Below, one piece after another: positions 11,303 through 49,756 of a stretch of DNA of 64,000 nucleotides. The DNA is from Tubiluchus corallicola. Lineage: Eukaryota > Animalia > Priapulida. The notes beneath the pieces were generated by a model that saw only the letters and a list, made by a program, of their open reading frames with translations, did not search any database and was not told the DNA's origin. Where the stretch lies: the NCBI GenBank assembly GCA_030141605.1, contig JAQGDQ010000037.1, forward strand, positions 806,001 through 870,000, read 5' to 3'. Numbering within the stretch: position 1 is the first letter of the stretch; each line of letters opens with the position of its first letter. The position numbers and the translations under genes were made by a program.

Positions 11303-14300
11303 ATGGCTGCTTCCGTGGAAGCATGTTTTGAGTCAAGTTCAGATGAAGCGGTTAATACAGATTCTGAATCTGAAACACCAATAAGTTTAACTGGCCATCT
11401 GGGTAAGTAATTGTGAAAATTGCTAATTAATATTTGCTTTCTCATTTGCTCGCAAATTCATGTTAACTGGCAGTGTGACTGAAATATAATTTTACTCCCG
11501 GTTTTTATATAATCAAAATACTGCATTTTGTTGGAATGATTTGCAAGTTCAGTGCTAACTAACTAATAACAGTGCCGCTATTTTTAAAAAAAAACATACT
11601 TTGTTCGCGCTTTTTAGTTCCAGATGCCACGAGTTCAGCTGAACGTATTAAGCAAGGCAAGACGGGCATGGCTGACGTTATTTCAAAGATTTTAGCCCAA
11701 TCAAATAAGCCTAGTGAAACGAGCAAAAGTAAAGGCACTAAAAGGTAAATACTTTTATAGAATAAGCTTAGGAGTTGCACAACGCGCAAGTGGAATAGTT
11801 TAATACTACTGTAAAAAATAACTTGTACATTCTAATGTAACAACATTATAATGTTTATTTGTTCACGTTTATTGAGAGTCTGTTTTTTATTTTTGTATTT
11901 CATGCATGTGTTTTTGGCAGCTGTAGATAGACTGACTGTCTTGTAATAACCGTGCAAGTGTAGAAAATTCCAATCCTACAACATAAGCTTACCAACACTA
12001 AATTCTGTTCACAATAAAATTTCAGAATCAAATTTTAGGCACAATTATAGGGTGCTCACGGTATACTCAATTAAACCTTAATGTCACCTTGTTTGGTTAC
12101 TGCTTCAACCGTATAGCAGTGGCGTCGTGCCATAGGGGCCCGGCCCCCCCCCCCAATTTTTTAGAAAATGTCAAAAATTTGAAGGGTGTCAGCAGCTCGT
12201 AATGAGACCGGTAAGCAAATTTATGTCCGACTTTTTGACACGCAATAGCGGGCCAGCGCTCCATAAATGCAAACAGTATGAGCATGAGTATGTGTTTACC
12301 TGAAAGTCAGGATGTAGTTAATTTATTTGCATGTAATCTATTCAGGTTCAGGAGGCAGGCAGGAACAGTTAACAAAGCAGCTCGTTGAGTAGCATTAGCG
12401 TCTTTGCACAAAAGACTGTTAGTTAACAAAACGGCTCAGTTAGCACTCGAGCTTCGTTCAGCAGTGTGTTATAATAGAGAATAAGTGAAATAATAGAGCA
12501 AAAACAATGCAAACATTGAAGTCATGTTGAGCTAACCTAGTACCAGAGATTCAGTTTGTCGAGCTAGCCTAGTACCAGAGAGTCGGTTTGGGAGATACAA
12601 ATTGATGAGCCATGGCTCAGCTACCTCCTGATTGGACATTACCGACTCTTTGCTACTCCTTAGCGACTCTTTCCCACGAGTTTGCTGCATAAAAGGGCGT
12701 GATTTTGAGCACATTTCATCATTTTTCTCCTGCTAGGAGAATCTTTGCTAGTTTTCGCTGCAATTTTAGCTATATTTCTTAAACGATGTCAAGGCAGTCC
12801 AATCTGACTTCATCCCTCTACAATTTCATCGAAGGATCCACAAAACGACACGCGGCATTTGCGAAAATCCGAGATGAGATCCTACAGCTCGAGTCGAATG
12901 AACGCAACAAAGCATCCAAGACTCTACACCCGCTTTCAGCAACTCTGTGGTCATCTCGTGTCGACAACTGCAAGGCTCTTAAGAACAATCTGACTGGTGT
13001 AGTCATGACATTGGAATCCTTTACCGAAGGACCATCATATGATCGAAAAACGGCTGGAGAGGCGTTCTCCCTCCTAAAATCAATAAATTATGAATTTTGT
13101 CTGTGTTCCTGAACATGTCAACACAAACTGCATTCACTCAATATACTGTTATATGACTTCTTCTGGACTGGACAAACTTTTCCCAGTGATCTCCATCGCA
13201 TACCAGTTGATTCTGACTCTGCCCGTTACATCTTGCTCTTGTGAGAGATCCTTTTCTGCTCTTAAATTTGTCAAGAATGCTCTCCGCAGTACAATGAGTC
13301 AGTCACGACTGAGTGACCTGCAGAGTCTTGCAGTTGAGGCTGAGAAAACAAAGAATATGGACTTGAAGTCTGTGGTTGAGCTCTTCTAGAGTGATGTTCT
13401 GCGTCGGATTCCTGACAGCTAATAAATACTTAATTAAATTTTAATTTAATTTTTAATTTTAATTAAGTTTCCGTTGCTATAGCTTTAAGTTAAATGCCAG
13501 TTGGGAATAAATAAATCGTTTTTCTTGCACGCAAAATACTGTGTGGGAATTCAAAATTATACGTTTTTCAAACAGTTAAGTTCCGCCATTATATACAGTC
13601 GGGCCCCCCCAATTTTTTTTGGTGCACGACGCCCCTGCGTATAGCCTACTCAATTGCCTCTTCATTGCTATTTTTACACAAGGTACCAAAACTTCATTTA
13701 CTTTTGTGAATCAGTTGTAGTGAGTTAGTTTTATAGCATAATTTTTATCAGTGCACCGAGCATCAATATGGCAACCTAATGACTAGAGAATGCCATTTCT
13801 AAACGGCAAAATAAGACAGGATTTATTTACCGTGGTTCATTTAACAGACAACATTACACTAATGACTACTGGTTAGATGACAGGTAGTGATCTGTTCGAG
13901 CATATAGTACATAGTTATTATCCGTGGCACACTGTGGTAGGTGCAACCTTCGTATTGATCATGGCCATATAAGTGTATAAAATGTCTATATTTATTTTTG
14001 TGCCTAATAATAAATAAATAAATTTAGCAACTTACACTTACAACAATACAGGTAAGGATGCAAAAAACGTAATAACGAATAACATGGAAGGTATTTGCCC
14101 TGGCACTGGCAGCCAAGACTGTGTGGTTGCAGTACGAAATCTAAACGACTCGGCTACTCAACCCAAGACCACCCCAAATCACCCAGATTTATCATTTTGA
14201 TAAATGAAAGACTGCTTTGATAGGTGTCAGTCTGTATTTTTTAATATAATTTCGTGTAATTAACTCCTAGTGTTTTGTTTAATTTTAGAAAAACTGAGGC

Positions 14301-16389
14301 TATTTGAAAGCCTGTGTGTACCTTGAAAGAATGCGAGCAGACTAAAATGATGATGGAAGTGAAAGGATCAAAATTGTGTGGCTGTAGTACATTTTTTCTC
14401 AGGAGACAGTAAGGAAAATTAAGTTGGTAAATGTTAATCAGTCACAACATGGTTTTTATAATAATTATTTTTATATATTTAAAGGTCAGCAGATGAAGAG
14501 GATGATTCTGATAGCACAGCTGTTAATACAGTGAAAAAACAAAAAGAAAAAGCTGCATTTCAGCGTAAATCAAAAGAGGTACATTATTGTGTATTTATTT
14601 TTATATATGTCGTCGGTTTAATAAATCCTTCTTTATTTACCTGATTATTACCTCTGATGTGCAGTAGAAATATGTTTTTTTTTTCTAATGAAAAAGATGT
14701 AAAATTTGCTGATATTGTGGGTTATTTCTTAATTGACGTCGTTTTTGCTATTAAGAATATGAAAACTAGGGGTTAGCATCAAACGTTCGAATGAGTTTTT
14801 TTAGTTCGAATTCGATTTGAACCTAAAATTATAGATTTTAATAATTTAGCATTTCAACTACATACGTTCTTTATCATTAGAACATTTGAAACGTCATGCA
14901 ATTAGCATGTTTTAGCTACGATTTCTATGCATCATTTTAAAACAAATTATTAGTGGTTTTACAGCAGAACAAAATCGAGTAATATGCGTGATCTTTGTAA
15001 GACTGTTTTTTACTGGTGGTACGAGAGCTTGTTTGAAAACCCTTCAAACTCAATTCGATTCGAATTCGAAATACTGAAATTCGGTTCGATTCGAATGTCA
15101 CAAATTCAATTCAATTCGAATTTGCTTTCTGGTAGAGAATGCTCACCCCTATAAAAACTCTTTGCTGTCTATATAGTAAATAAAACTTGAACAAAATTAA
15201 ATACATGAACATGCATTAGCATGGATCGAGTACACTCTTGATTTGTGGCATTTGTAGCGGTTAGTTTGGGAAGAATATGGCCGCAAACGACCAAGCATTG
15301 ATGATAAACAGAAAGAACGGGTACTCGTGCAGACAGCAACAAGGTATTTTAGCTTTTTTATATGAAATTTTTACATTTTGTGCCATAGGAAGCATTTCTT
15401 TAGCAAGTTTATTCTGTGTATGGAGATAGGAATGTTCTTAGTTCTAAAAACCAAACAAATAAGCAAGATAAACCTGCTTGTAGTTAAGTTCAGCCAATCA
15501 ACAGTCTTAAACAGTGTCACATGATGTTAGCCATGAAGCACACACATTAGCAAAATAATAAAAGACCACAGTAATGTGCCTTAGCCTGTTTTATTTTAGG
15601 TCAAAGTGGTGACCTTAATGCAAAACACTATCGCACATTGCGAATGAAGAAGCACCTAATGTATTGTCAACAGCAGCAATATTGGCATACAGCTGTAAAT
15701 AATATATTTTACCTGACCTAAAATCGTTACATTTTTTGCACATTTTGTACATTTAACAACATTGTTAAATAATGCAGGGGTGTTGTGCAGCTTTTCAATG
15801 CTGTTAGACAACAGCAGAAAATTCTGGAAGGAAAACTGGAAAATGCTAAAGGGTCTGTGCGAAAGGAAGAAAAGGCGCTCAAGTCAATGACTAAAGGAGC
15901 TTTTCTTGACTTACTGAAAGGGAATAATTCCTTGAATGTCAGATCGGTAATTTTAGTTAGTTATGGATGCATTGCTTCAGATTTGTTGTGCAAACAAAAA
16001 TGACATTTTGCAGAAAAATTTGTCTTCTGGTTTTACTGAATTGTCACCTAAAATGTGCTGAAATATAAGTTCCCAATCTACTTATTTCTAAGCATGCAAC
16101 ATTGGTGTTATTGAGAACAGATTACAGTGGATTATGAATTATACTTCAGTGCATCTTTTTTTCTTATTTGCATGTGCAGTACTAGTTTCTTGTTTACGGT
16201 CAGTATTAATCAAGTGTATGAAAATGTGTGTTACTGCATGCCTCTTATAAAAATTTTGTTACTGCTTTACAGAAAACTGCAAAAGAAAAGGAGAGGCCAT
16301 CTTGGAATGTTCTTCAAGATGATTTCATGCTTGGTGCTAAAATGAAAGACTGGGACAAAGACGACAGCAATAGTGATGATGGAAGTTGA
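11303..16389 (+). CDS. RRP15: RRP15-like ribosome biogenesis protein (Rrp15p family), complete 6-exon CDS
   Basis: Exons 11303-11402, 11618(or 11624)-11744, 14485-14578, 15258-15343, 15778-15946, 16273-16389 (TGA). Family motifs GMADVISKIL, WEEYGRKRP, KERVLVQTATRGVVQLFNAVRQQQK, TKGAFLDLLK and WNVLQDDFMLGAKMKDWDKD. AATAAA signals at about 16816 and 16834. Confidence 0.95.
12117..13637 (+). mobile_element. Internally deleted hAT DNA transposon in RRP15 intron 2
   Basis: TIRs CAGTGGCGTCGTGC / GCACGACGCCCCTG (13/14 match), with CGTATAG flanking both ends. A subterminal ggccccccc..aatttttt motif occurs near both ends. Transposase remnants lie inside. Confidence 0.93.
12786..13389 (+). pseudogene. 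hAT transposase remnant (ZMYM1/Tip100-like) including the C-terminal dimerization domain
   Basis: STKRHAAF...LHPLSATLWSSRVD (an LSxTRWSSR-type motif) is joined by deletion/frameshift to LTLPVTSCSCERSFSALKFVKNALRSTMSQSRLSDLQSLAVE, the hAT dimerization signature. Confidence 0.9.
14767..15151. mobile_element. hAT-like MITE with TTCGAA subterminal repeats in RRP15 intron 3
   Basis: TIRs TAGGGGTTAGCAT / ATGCTCACCCCTA. Clusters of TTCGA(A/T) at both ends. Flanks tgaaaac / taaaaac. Confidence 0.8.
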
Positions 16390-18392
16390 TAAAGGCCCAT
16401 TATCAAATAGTTTTGTTCCAGTAGTTAGTCATTTCAAATATTTTTTGTATATAATATCTAAATTCAATTAGACTACTGCAGACTTGGGCACACCGATTTT
16501 TTGATCCGTACAAAGGCAATTGGTAATAAAAAATTGCAGTTTGTGCTGAGGGGCTTGTCGTTTGCCTGCAAAATGTCAACACTTAACAAAAATGTGTGCA
16601 GAAGTACTGTAAAAGTGAAGTGCAGTCTTGAGAACCATTTAGAAAGACATTGGACATTGAGGATGAGCAAAAACATAGAAGTATTATTAAATGCATGTCT
16701 ATTGGAAATCGCGTTGCTACTGTGAGCCATACATTTTTGTTGAGAAACAAAAAACTTGCAAATATTAGTTACACCAGTTCCATCAAGGACATGAAAAAAT
16801 GCTACAAAATATGTAAATAAAGCATTATTTTTCAATAAACAATTTATTGTTGTTGGTTATGCATTAACAAAACCTGTCACATTTTGAAACTATTCATATA
16901 AAAGTGCTTTAACAAATCATGCAAAAGAAACCAGTGATAGCCACGCACTACGCTTAGCAGGCTACCATCATTTGGGACTTAGAAGCTTGAAGGCTAAGCC
17001 AACAATGCTTTTACAATATTATAGCATTCATGTAAGCAAAAACACAAACTAAATTTTTTTGCGACGCATGACATGAAAGACTAATTAATGTAAATATTTG
17101 AGCCTACAGTACCTGAAATGTTACTTTTGCAGATAAATGCTACAAGAACTTATTCCAAGTCAGAATTGCATATTAATCATGTTAAACCTATGCAGATTCC
17201 ATTTTTCACAGTTCTGTGTTATCAGATTTTGCCAAGAACTGAAAAACTACCCCTTGCTTATTTTTAATTTGAAAATTGAATATAAATTTGGCACTATCAT
17301 TCAATACTCACAGAAATAATGCAAATATCACAAATTCTAAAATACTTCCAGGTAAAAAGGTCGCATATGAATATTTCCATAGAAGTTTATCAAAATTTAT
17401 CTTATCATTGAGCACTAACTGCACGTGACTAGAATAAAAATATCAAATATTTTGCCAATCTGCAGCACACAGAATTTTTAATAATGCCTTTATACTTTTT
17501 ATCATTTATAATTTCCTAAAAAGTTCGCAAGCATAAAATAACTAATCTAACTTACCAGAGATAGATAGAACATATACGCAAAATGAAAATTAAATAATAA
17601 ATTTTACTCCCTGATGATCCAAGTAAGTTAATGTCACACATTTAGTTTTTAATTTAAAGAAAATTTAATAGAAACTGCAATGTATATCAAAATAAATGCA
17701 CAAGCCAGAACGTCAAACTGCAACAATTAATATATATTTTGCAATGGTTTTATACATTTCACACATGTTTTAATAAACAGAATTTCTGTACCTCTGCGAA
17801 TCATATTAAGTTGGCGTGACAGTCCTACAAAAAGAAAACAACATATTATTAGCACTATTACGTAAAAGCTGAGAATGATTTTGCATTTTTTAAAGTCAGT
17901 GTATGCAAAAGTCGGCAAGAATGTAGATCCCATCACAGAGTGTTACTGTATCGTTAGTTTCTACTACATTTACAGGGCTGTCCAGAAAAAAACATTGCCT
18001 CAAATTAACTTTAAAAAAAACTTGTAGTCCTTCATCCTGGTACAGGCATTTGTAAAAAAGACCCACATTTTTCCGTAGCGTGGTTTGCCTTCTCCAAATA
18101 CCTATAAATTCCCTCCAAAATAGTCAAAACTCCACCAAGCACTACTAAGATGTTCAATACAAGGTGTTCCTCTAGAGGTAATTTAAAAGCTTTGTGACAC
18201 CTGTTGACACCTTTAAAATGTTAAAGTATTTACCTGTCAGATTATGAGAGATCACTAGAGTTAAGTCATCAATAACTAGAGTTAAATCACTTATTATAAT
18301 TTTAGAAATAATCTCAAAACCATTTGCTCGTTCTTGAAAAGGTTTCTAGGACATTCATGATTACTGATAAAGTATAAAACTATAAAACAACA

Positions 18393-18742
18393 CAGGGTGT
18401 TCCAGCAATATGATTCATCAAATCACAATGAAATGTGGTTGAGTTTTGAGTAACTTAGAATAAGATATGCTACAATAACTACTACAGATGTGCACCATTA
18501 ACCTGAAGAGATAACCAGGAACATTGTTGCATGTTATGAAAATCATGCTCAAGTTCATCAGGTTGAAGGTTTTGAATAACACTTTATTTTGTCCGAAATG
18601 AATCTGGACATCTGCATTATGACATCATAACGACGTAAAAATAATACATTTCAATTTTGTTATCATATAATTTGATTTTTAGATATTCAAATATATGCAT
18701 AGCAGCATATTTGTAACACACTGTTTCTTCTGAAACACCCTG
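18393..18742. mobile_element. Tc1/mariner-like MITE
   Basis: TIRs CAGGGTGTTCCAG / CTGAAACACCCTG. The TA target site is decayed. A related end, TACAGGGCTGTCCAGAA, occurs at 17971. Confidence 0.65.
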
Positions 18743-18939
18743 TCAAAAAACATGAAGCATTGTGCACGCCAGCTGGGCTGTAAAGTTAGAAGACAAGCAT
18801 CCAAAACGTCAAAAAATTTAAATCATGCCACTCCATGTACACAAAAAATAGCATAAACACAAAGTGAGTTTGAAGAAAGTAGTGCAAGATTTAGTGAAAT
18901 GGGATAATACAATCAGTGAAATGCATTTTGCATTATTTT

Positions 18940-19025
18940 TGATGATACTGCACAGAGGTTTGACAAAATTCTGATGATACTGCATAGGGATTTGACAAAA
19001 TTATGATACTATTGCAGCATGATTT
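18940..19025. repeat. Degenerate ~32-bp tandem repeat x3
   Basis: tgatgatactgcacagaggtttgacaaaatt and two variants in tandem. Confidence 0.75.
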
Positions 19026-19479
19026 GGATTTTGAGCTGCCCAGGTTTAGTTTCTAAATTAAACAACACTACTATAGGTTAGTAAATGGAATGCTGACCAT
19101 ATAAGAACCTCAGGCACGGTGTTTTTACAAGTAAAATATTTTGCATCCAAGTGAATATGTCTGCCCATCTGAAACTTAGTCATCTCTGGTTTAAGAATTT
19201 TTTCAACGGTCTTAGTAGAATCTAGCAAATAGCAACTAATCGTTGTCGTCATTAGACATAAAACATGGCCCTTCTACCTCGTACCTAATGTTGTTTTCTA
19301 AGGGCAAAGTGGTAATAACTTTAAGTGATTAGTTGCTCTAAATTTTAAACTAGCTATTTTCTACAAATTTTGCACAAGTGTACAGTTGGTTAGCTACTGA
19401 CAGGTGCTAAACAACTATAAGTATGTCCTGTGCAGTCAATTGTGTGATTTTTAGTAACTATACTACTGGTATGCTATAC

Positions 19480-45652
<26,173 letters not shown>

Positions 45653-46296
45653 GAGTTACCTGCTGATAACTATAACACAAACAACAAAGTCTATTTAACC
45701 TATGCTTTGATAAGCAATGATGTCTTAACACCACAAGTAATGATGTCTTAACACCACACTGAATCTGAGCTAGTGAACTGAGGCTGAACTCAAAAGTAGG
45801 GAATACACCAGGTTAATCAAAGCACACTTCCCATTGCTGCAAGAACAGGAAGTAAATGCACAAGGAAGTGTGTATGAACAAAAACGAAGAAAATTACACT
45901 AACAGAAATCAGTAGTAATTGCTCAGCCACTTGCTTTCCATACTGCAAATCAAAACAAATCCTGTCTCGATAAACACACTAAGTCTAGAATAGTACTAGT
46001 CCACCAGCCATATGGTATGATGGAGTAGCAGTAACTAGCCAATTGGAGTGTAGCAACAGTTTGTTGCACCGGTTACCAAGAGGTTGGGGGTCTGAGTGGG
46101 CTTCCTTCTTTCTCCCAGCACTAATAAATTATATTGCAATAGCAAACTAATCAATAGTGGGAAAACAAGAGAAGCCATGTAATACCCTTTAGATCATTCA
46201 CATGCACTACAGAAACAAGCAATGGTGATTCACATAAATAAATACTCAGCATTTGCAAATGTTCTACTCAGTACTAATAAAAGCTGTTAAGCTGGC

Positions 46297-46710
46297 AACT
46301 TTCTTAATATTTCATTGATACTCTAACATAAAGCAATTGTAAGTCTTAATGTTTTGGGTTGAATGTGTATTTTGAAGTTAAAGACTGTAAACAGTGAAAA
46401 GTTTTCAAACTCGAAAGTCCCAAAAACAGTTTCAAAACTTTCTTAATATTTCATTGATACTCTAACATAAAGCAATTGTAAGTCTTAATGTTTTGGGTTG
46501 AATGTGTATTTTGAAGTTAAAGACTGTAAACAGTGAAAAGTTTTCAAACTCGAAAGTCCCAAAAACAGTTTCAAAACTTTCTTAATATTTCATTGATACT
46601 CTAACATAAAGCAATTGTAAGTCTTAACGTTTTGGGTTGAATGTGTATTTTGAAGTTAAAGACTGTAAACAAAAAGTTTTCAAACTCGAAAGTCCCAAAA
46701 ACAGTTTCAA
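46297..46710. repeat. Near-identical 139-bp tandem repeat x3
   Basis: ttcttaatatttcattgatactc...cccaaaaacagtttcaaa starts at 46301, 46440 and 46579. Confidence 0.95.
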
Positions 46711-47374
46711 AGCTTTGTGTAGTTTAAGAAAAGCTTGTATTCATGTTTTTGTTAACTTCCAAACCTTTTACGACAACTTTTTTTCACAGTTTCTTTCTAT
46801 TAGTATTAATCCACTAAACCCATTTGATGAAACACTGGCAACAAATTAAAGCAAATTTGCAACTACTTAAATGTGATAATAAAAATTTTAAATATGGCAG
46901 CTATAAATCACAGAAAACTTGCATCATAGCATTGTTGAGAAGCACATTTGTGCAATGGTGGAACACTTGCAAGGAACTTTTCAATATTCAGAAATAATAG
47001 TTTTGCTGAAGTACATTTGTCATCTGTGTTACAGACGTAATCACTACACAACAACTGCAGTATTCAACATTTAGATATTTTGAAAATCAAAGAGAGAAGT
47101 GATGTAATGTAATATTAAATTTATTTAAGATACACCTAGAATTTAGACACAAATTATCACGATCTAAAGTTTTTCTGAAAAAAACTTAAACTGATCTTAT
47201 ACTGACGTATTACATCTGATACATGTGCATTATATTTTACATCTCCTATATTATTGTAGTAATTTCTTAGACGCCAATCACCAATTTAGTATCGATGAAA
47301 ATTAATTCTTAAATCTTAGCTGTGATTGCTACAATAAAAACAAAGAATTTGAGTGTAGATTTTAGTTTACTTAC

Positions 47375-47476
47375 ATAAATACAGTCAGTTACTATTGGCA
47401 GTAACGAAAAAGAGAAGCTGCAGTTATCAAGAGTTGCCTCTTGAGTTATAAGAACTATGACAAGAAGTGGCCATTC
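47375..47476 (-). other. Probable non-coding 5' UTR exon of TTLL5 carrying a short uORF
   Basis: Acceptor tttttttttctag at 47477 and donor gtaagt at 47374. ATG at 47474 opens MATSCHSSYNSRGNS* (to 47427). An upstream donor candidate, ccag|gtattt, is at 49473. Confidence 0.45.
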
Positions 47477-49544
47477 CTAGAAAAAAAAACAAAATTTTAA
47501 ATGCCTCCTAATGTCAATAGTCAACAGATAGTTTGTTACTATTTTAGTAATTAAAGGAGGGTTGCAATGTGGTGTTCCTATTCCTCTGATATGGGTGAGA
47601 GGCTGGGAGTCTGCTTTACGAAGAGGAGAATACGACTAAAAATCCTCAATTTTCCAAAGACATGTCAAGGGTAAAGTATTTGCTGGTTATGATATATAAC
47701 AATGCAGTACGACTGGCGAGGTAAAAACTGGTGCTATAACTGGTTAACTAAAAACCTACTATTTGTGTGATCCTCAAGAATGAAGAAAAATATGCAAATG
47801 TACACCAAGAGCACTTTTAAACATTACAGTACATTCTAATATATTGCACCAACTAGTAACTACCAAGATATAGGAAACAGGATTTATTAGTGGGCATGCC
47901 AGGCAGCACTTCAAAAAATGCTTTAGGATGATTACAGTTTGGTGCTGGTAAAGGTTTTTCATGCTGTTGAAATGGCATAAGCTATATTTAGAAAGCATGC
48001 TCATAGCTTTGTTCCGTGGAAATGTTACTTACTAAAAGACTGGCTAAACAACTTTGCACAGAAGAATCATTTGCTAAATTTGCATTATTCATTATAAAAC
48101 TAAGTCTGGCTTTCTTTTAATTTTGTTTTATGCCAAACGACATCACACATTATGATATCTGCCTCGTTGTGAAAAGCGTTTAGACAGCAGATGGTTTTTA
48201 TGCTGACTGTGGCTTATTCAGGAAGGATCTTCATCACTGGTGCTTTTAAAATAGATCTGCATTAATGTGTTTGCAAGATCACATTTCACTGATTGCTCAG
48301 CTCCACTCTTTCATGTCTCACTCATCTGGATCTCTTACTCTCATATCTATTTAGAATTACAATGCAGCCTTAGTTGTTAACCTAGTTGCTTTATAACTTC
48401 AACTTGAAACATCCCGTCCATTTACTAATTTTACATAGTTTGCCGCAATAAGAATGAAGCTCTGCTCTATCTCGTGCACTTCATTGCTTATAATAGGCAC
48501 TGCACTCTGCAGGCTACCCCTACATGTTGCTTTTACATCCATTATATGCATTTATGTGCCCTAGGAATCAACATACTGTTTATTGAGGTTACTGAAATAT
48601 GTTTTAAAGTGTATATTCTGTTCACTCTTTTCATTTTGTAATGATTTTTTGTGCTTTGGTAATTGTAGTGTCATAAAATCGGCTTAACTTCTAGCATTGA
48701 TAATGACATTTAATGACACTTATGTTGAAATGATCGACTTTTGCAAATCAACTTTTGATCGATGATTTTTGCAAAAGTTTTTGGCATACCTACTAGTACT
48801 AATCAAATTTGCTTGAAACTAAAGTTTATATATTAATATAAATACGTGCTTTATTACTGGCATCTTTTAAACTGTTTGGTAATTTGTGGAAGGAGTCTTA
48901 TGGTTTATTTTTGTTTTTTAGTTTCATTTGCTTTTGATGAAATGAGTTTACAATTTATTTGCTTAATTTTTTGATTTTGCTAACTTATAAAGTTATATAC
49001 TTTGTTATTTCAAATCCTTAAATTGAAAACTCATCTATGCACTAACATAATTGTAAATGCAAGTTAATTATTTTGTTAAACTGTGCAGAACTGTTATTAC
49101 TTTTAAATTATTTTGTTTTCTTTTAGCGTCTGCAGATTACATCTTACCTGACTTACACTGTTCGCCTTCCACAATTCACATTTATTAACTCGATACAAGA
49201 GTGGATGACTTGGTGACCATTGGTCTTTTTATCACCCCGTCTCTCTCCATGTTTGTTTTATTATTTATGTGTATTCTTGTCTTGTAATGAAAAAATAGAA
49301 ATTTTTATTTACTAGCAACTGTATGTTGTTTGCATACCTCGAATAGATTTGTGACGCTCGCCTATGCTATAGTTGGCACCGAGCGTGCCACTCTCATTGC
49401 ATCTCAATTTTTGCTGTATCAGAAAAAAACGAGTAAAAAATCACAGATTCGCATGTCAAAATTTTACAAATACCTGGAAATATCCCTAGAATAAGTAGGA
49501 TTCCATGGAATCGGAATTCAGAAAAACAGCAGACTCCTTAAACC

Positions 49545-49625
49545 TAGCTAACTGTACGTACAGTATACATAAAACAAACGAAATGACGTAGTGTGCGCCA
49601 CCTAGCGGGCAATTACGATTTAAAT
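49545..49625. promoter_or_regulatory. Putative bidirectional promoter TTLL5/VPS39 with CTCF-like, CRE-like and palindromic motifs
   Basis: GCGCCACCTAGCGG at 49595-49608 (minus strand CCGCTAGGTGGCGC, matching the CTCF core). TGACGTA at 49584. ACTGTACGTACAGT palindrome at 49551-49564. The segment lies between the inferred TTLL5 first exon and the VPS39 ATG. Confidence 0.6.
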
Positions 49626-49756
49626 TTGACTGTTTACGCCTGGAAGAGTAGCCTGTTGTATCATGGTTGTGTGCTAAAATCAGAGTTAAAAATGCTGTTT
49701 GTTGTATCTTATCAACATTAATAGTTCGATGTTGCAGTCATAATTAAAAAATAACA

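Noticed and set aside
14090-14160. tRNA-like A box on the minus strand (GTAGCCGAGTCGTTTAG); a similar one at ~7391
   Set aside because: There is no cloverleaf or intact B box; at most these are decayed SINE heads, so no tRNA gene is called.
16473-16835. 120-aa minus-strand ORF
   Set aside because: It is antisense to the RRP15 3' UTR and has no recognisable protein features.
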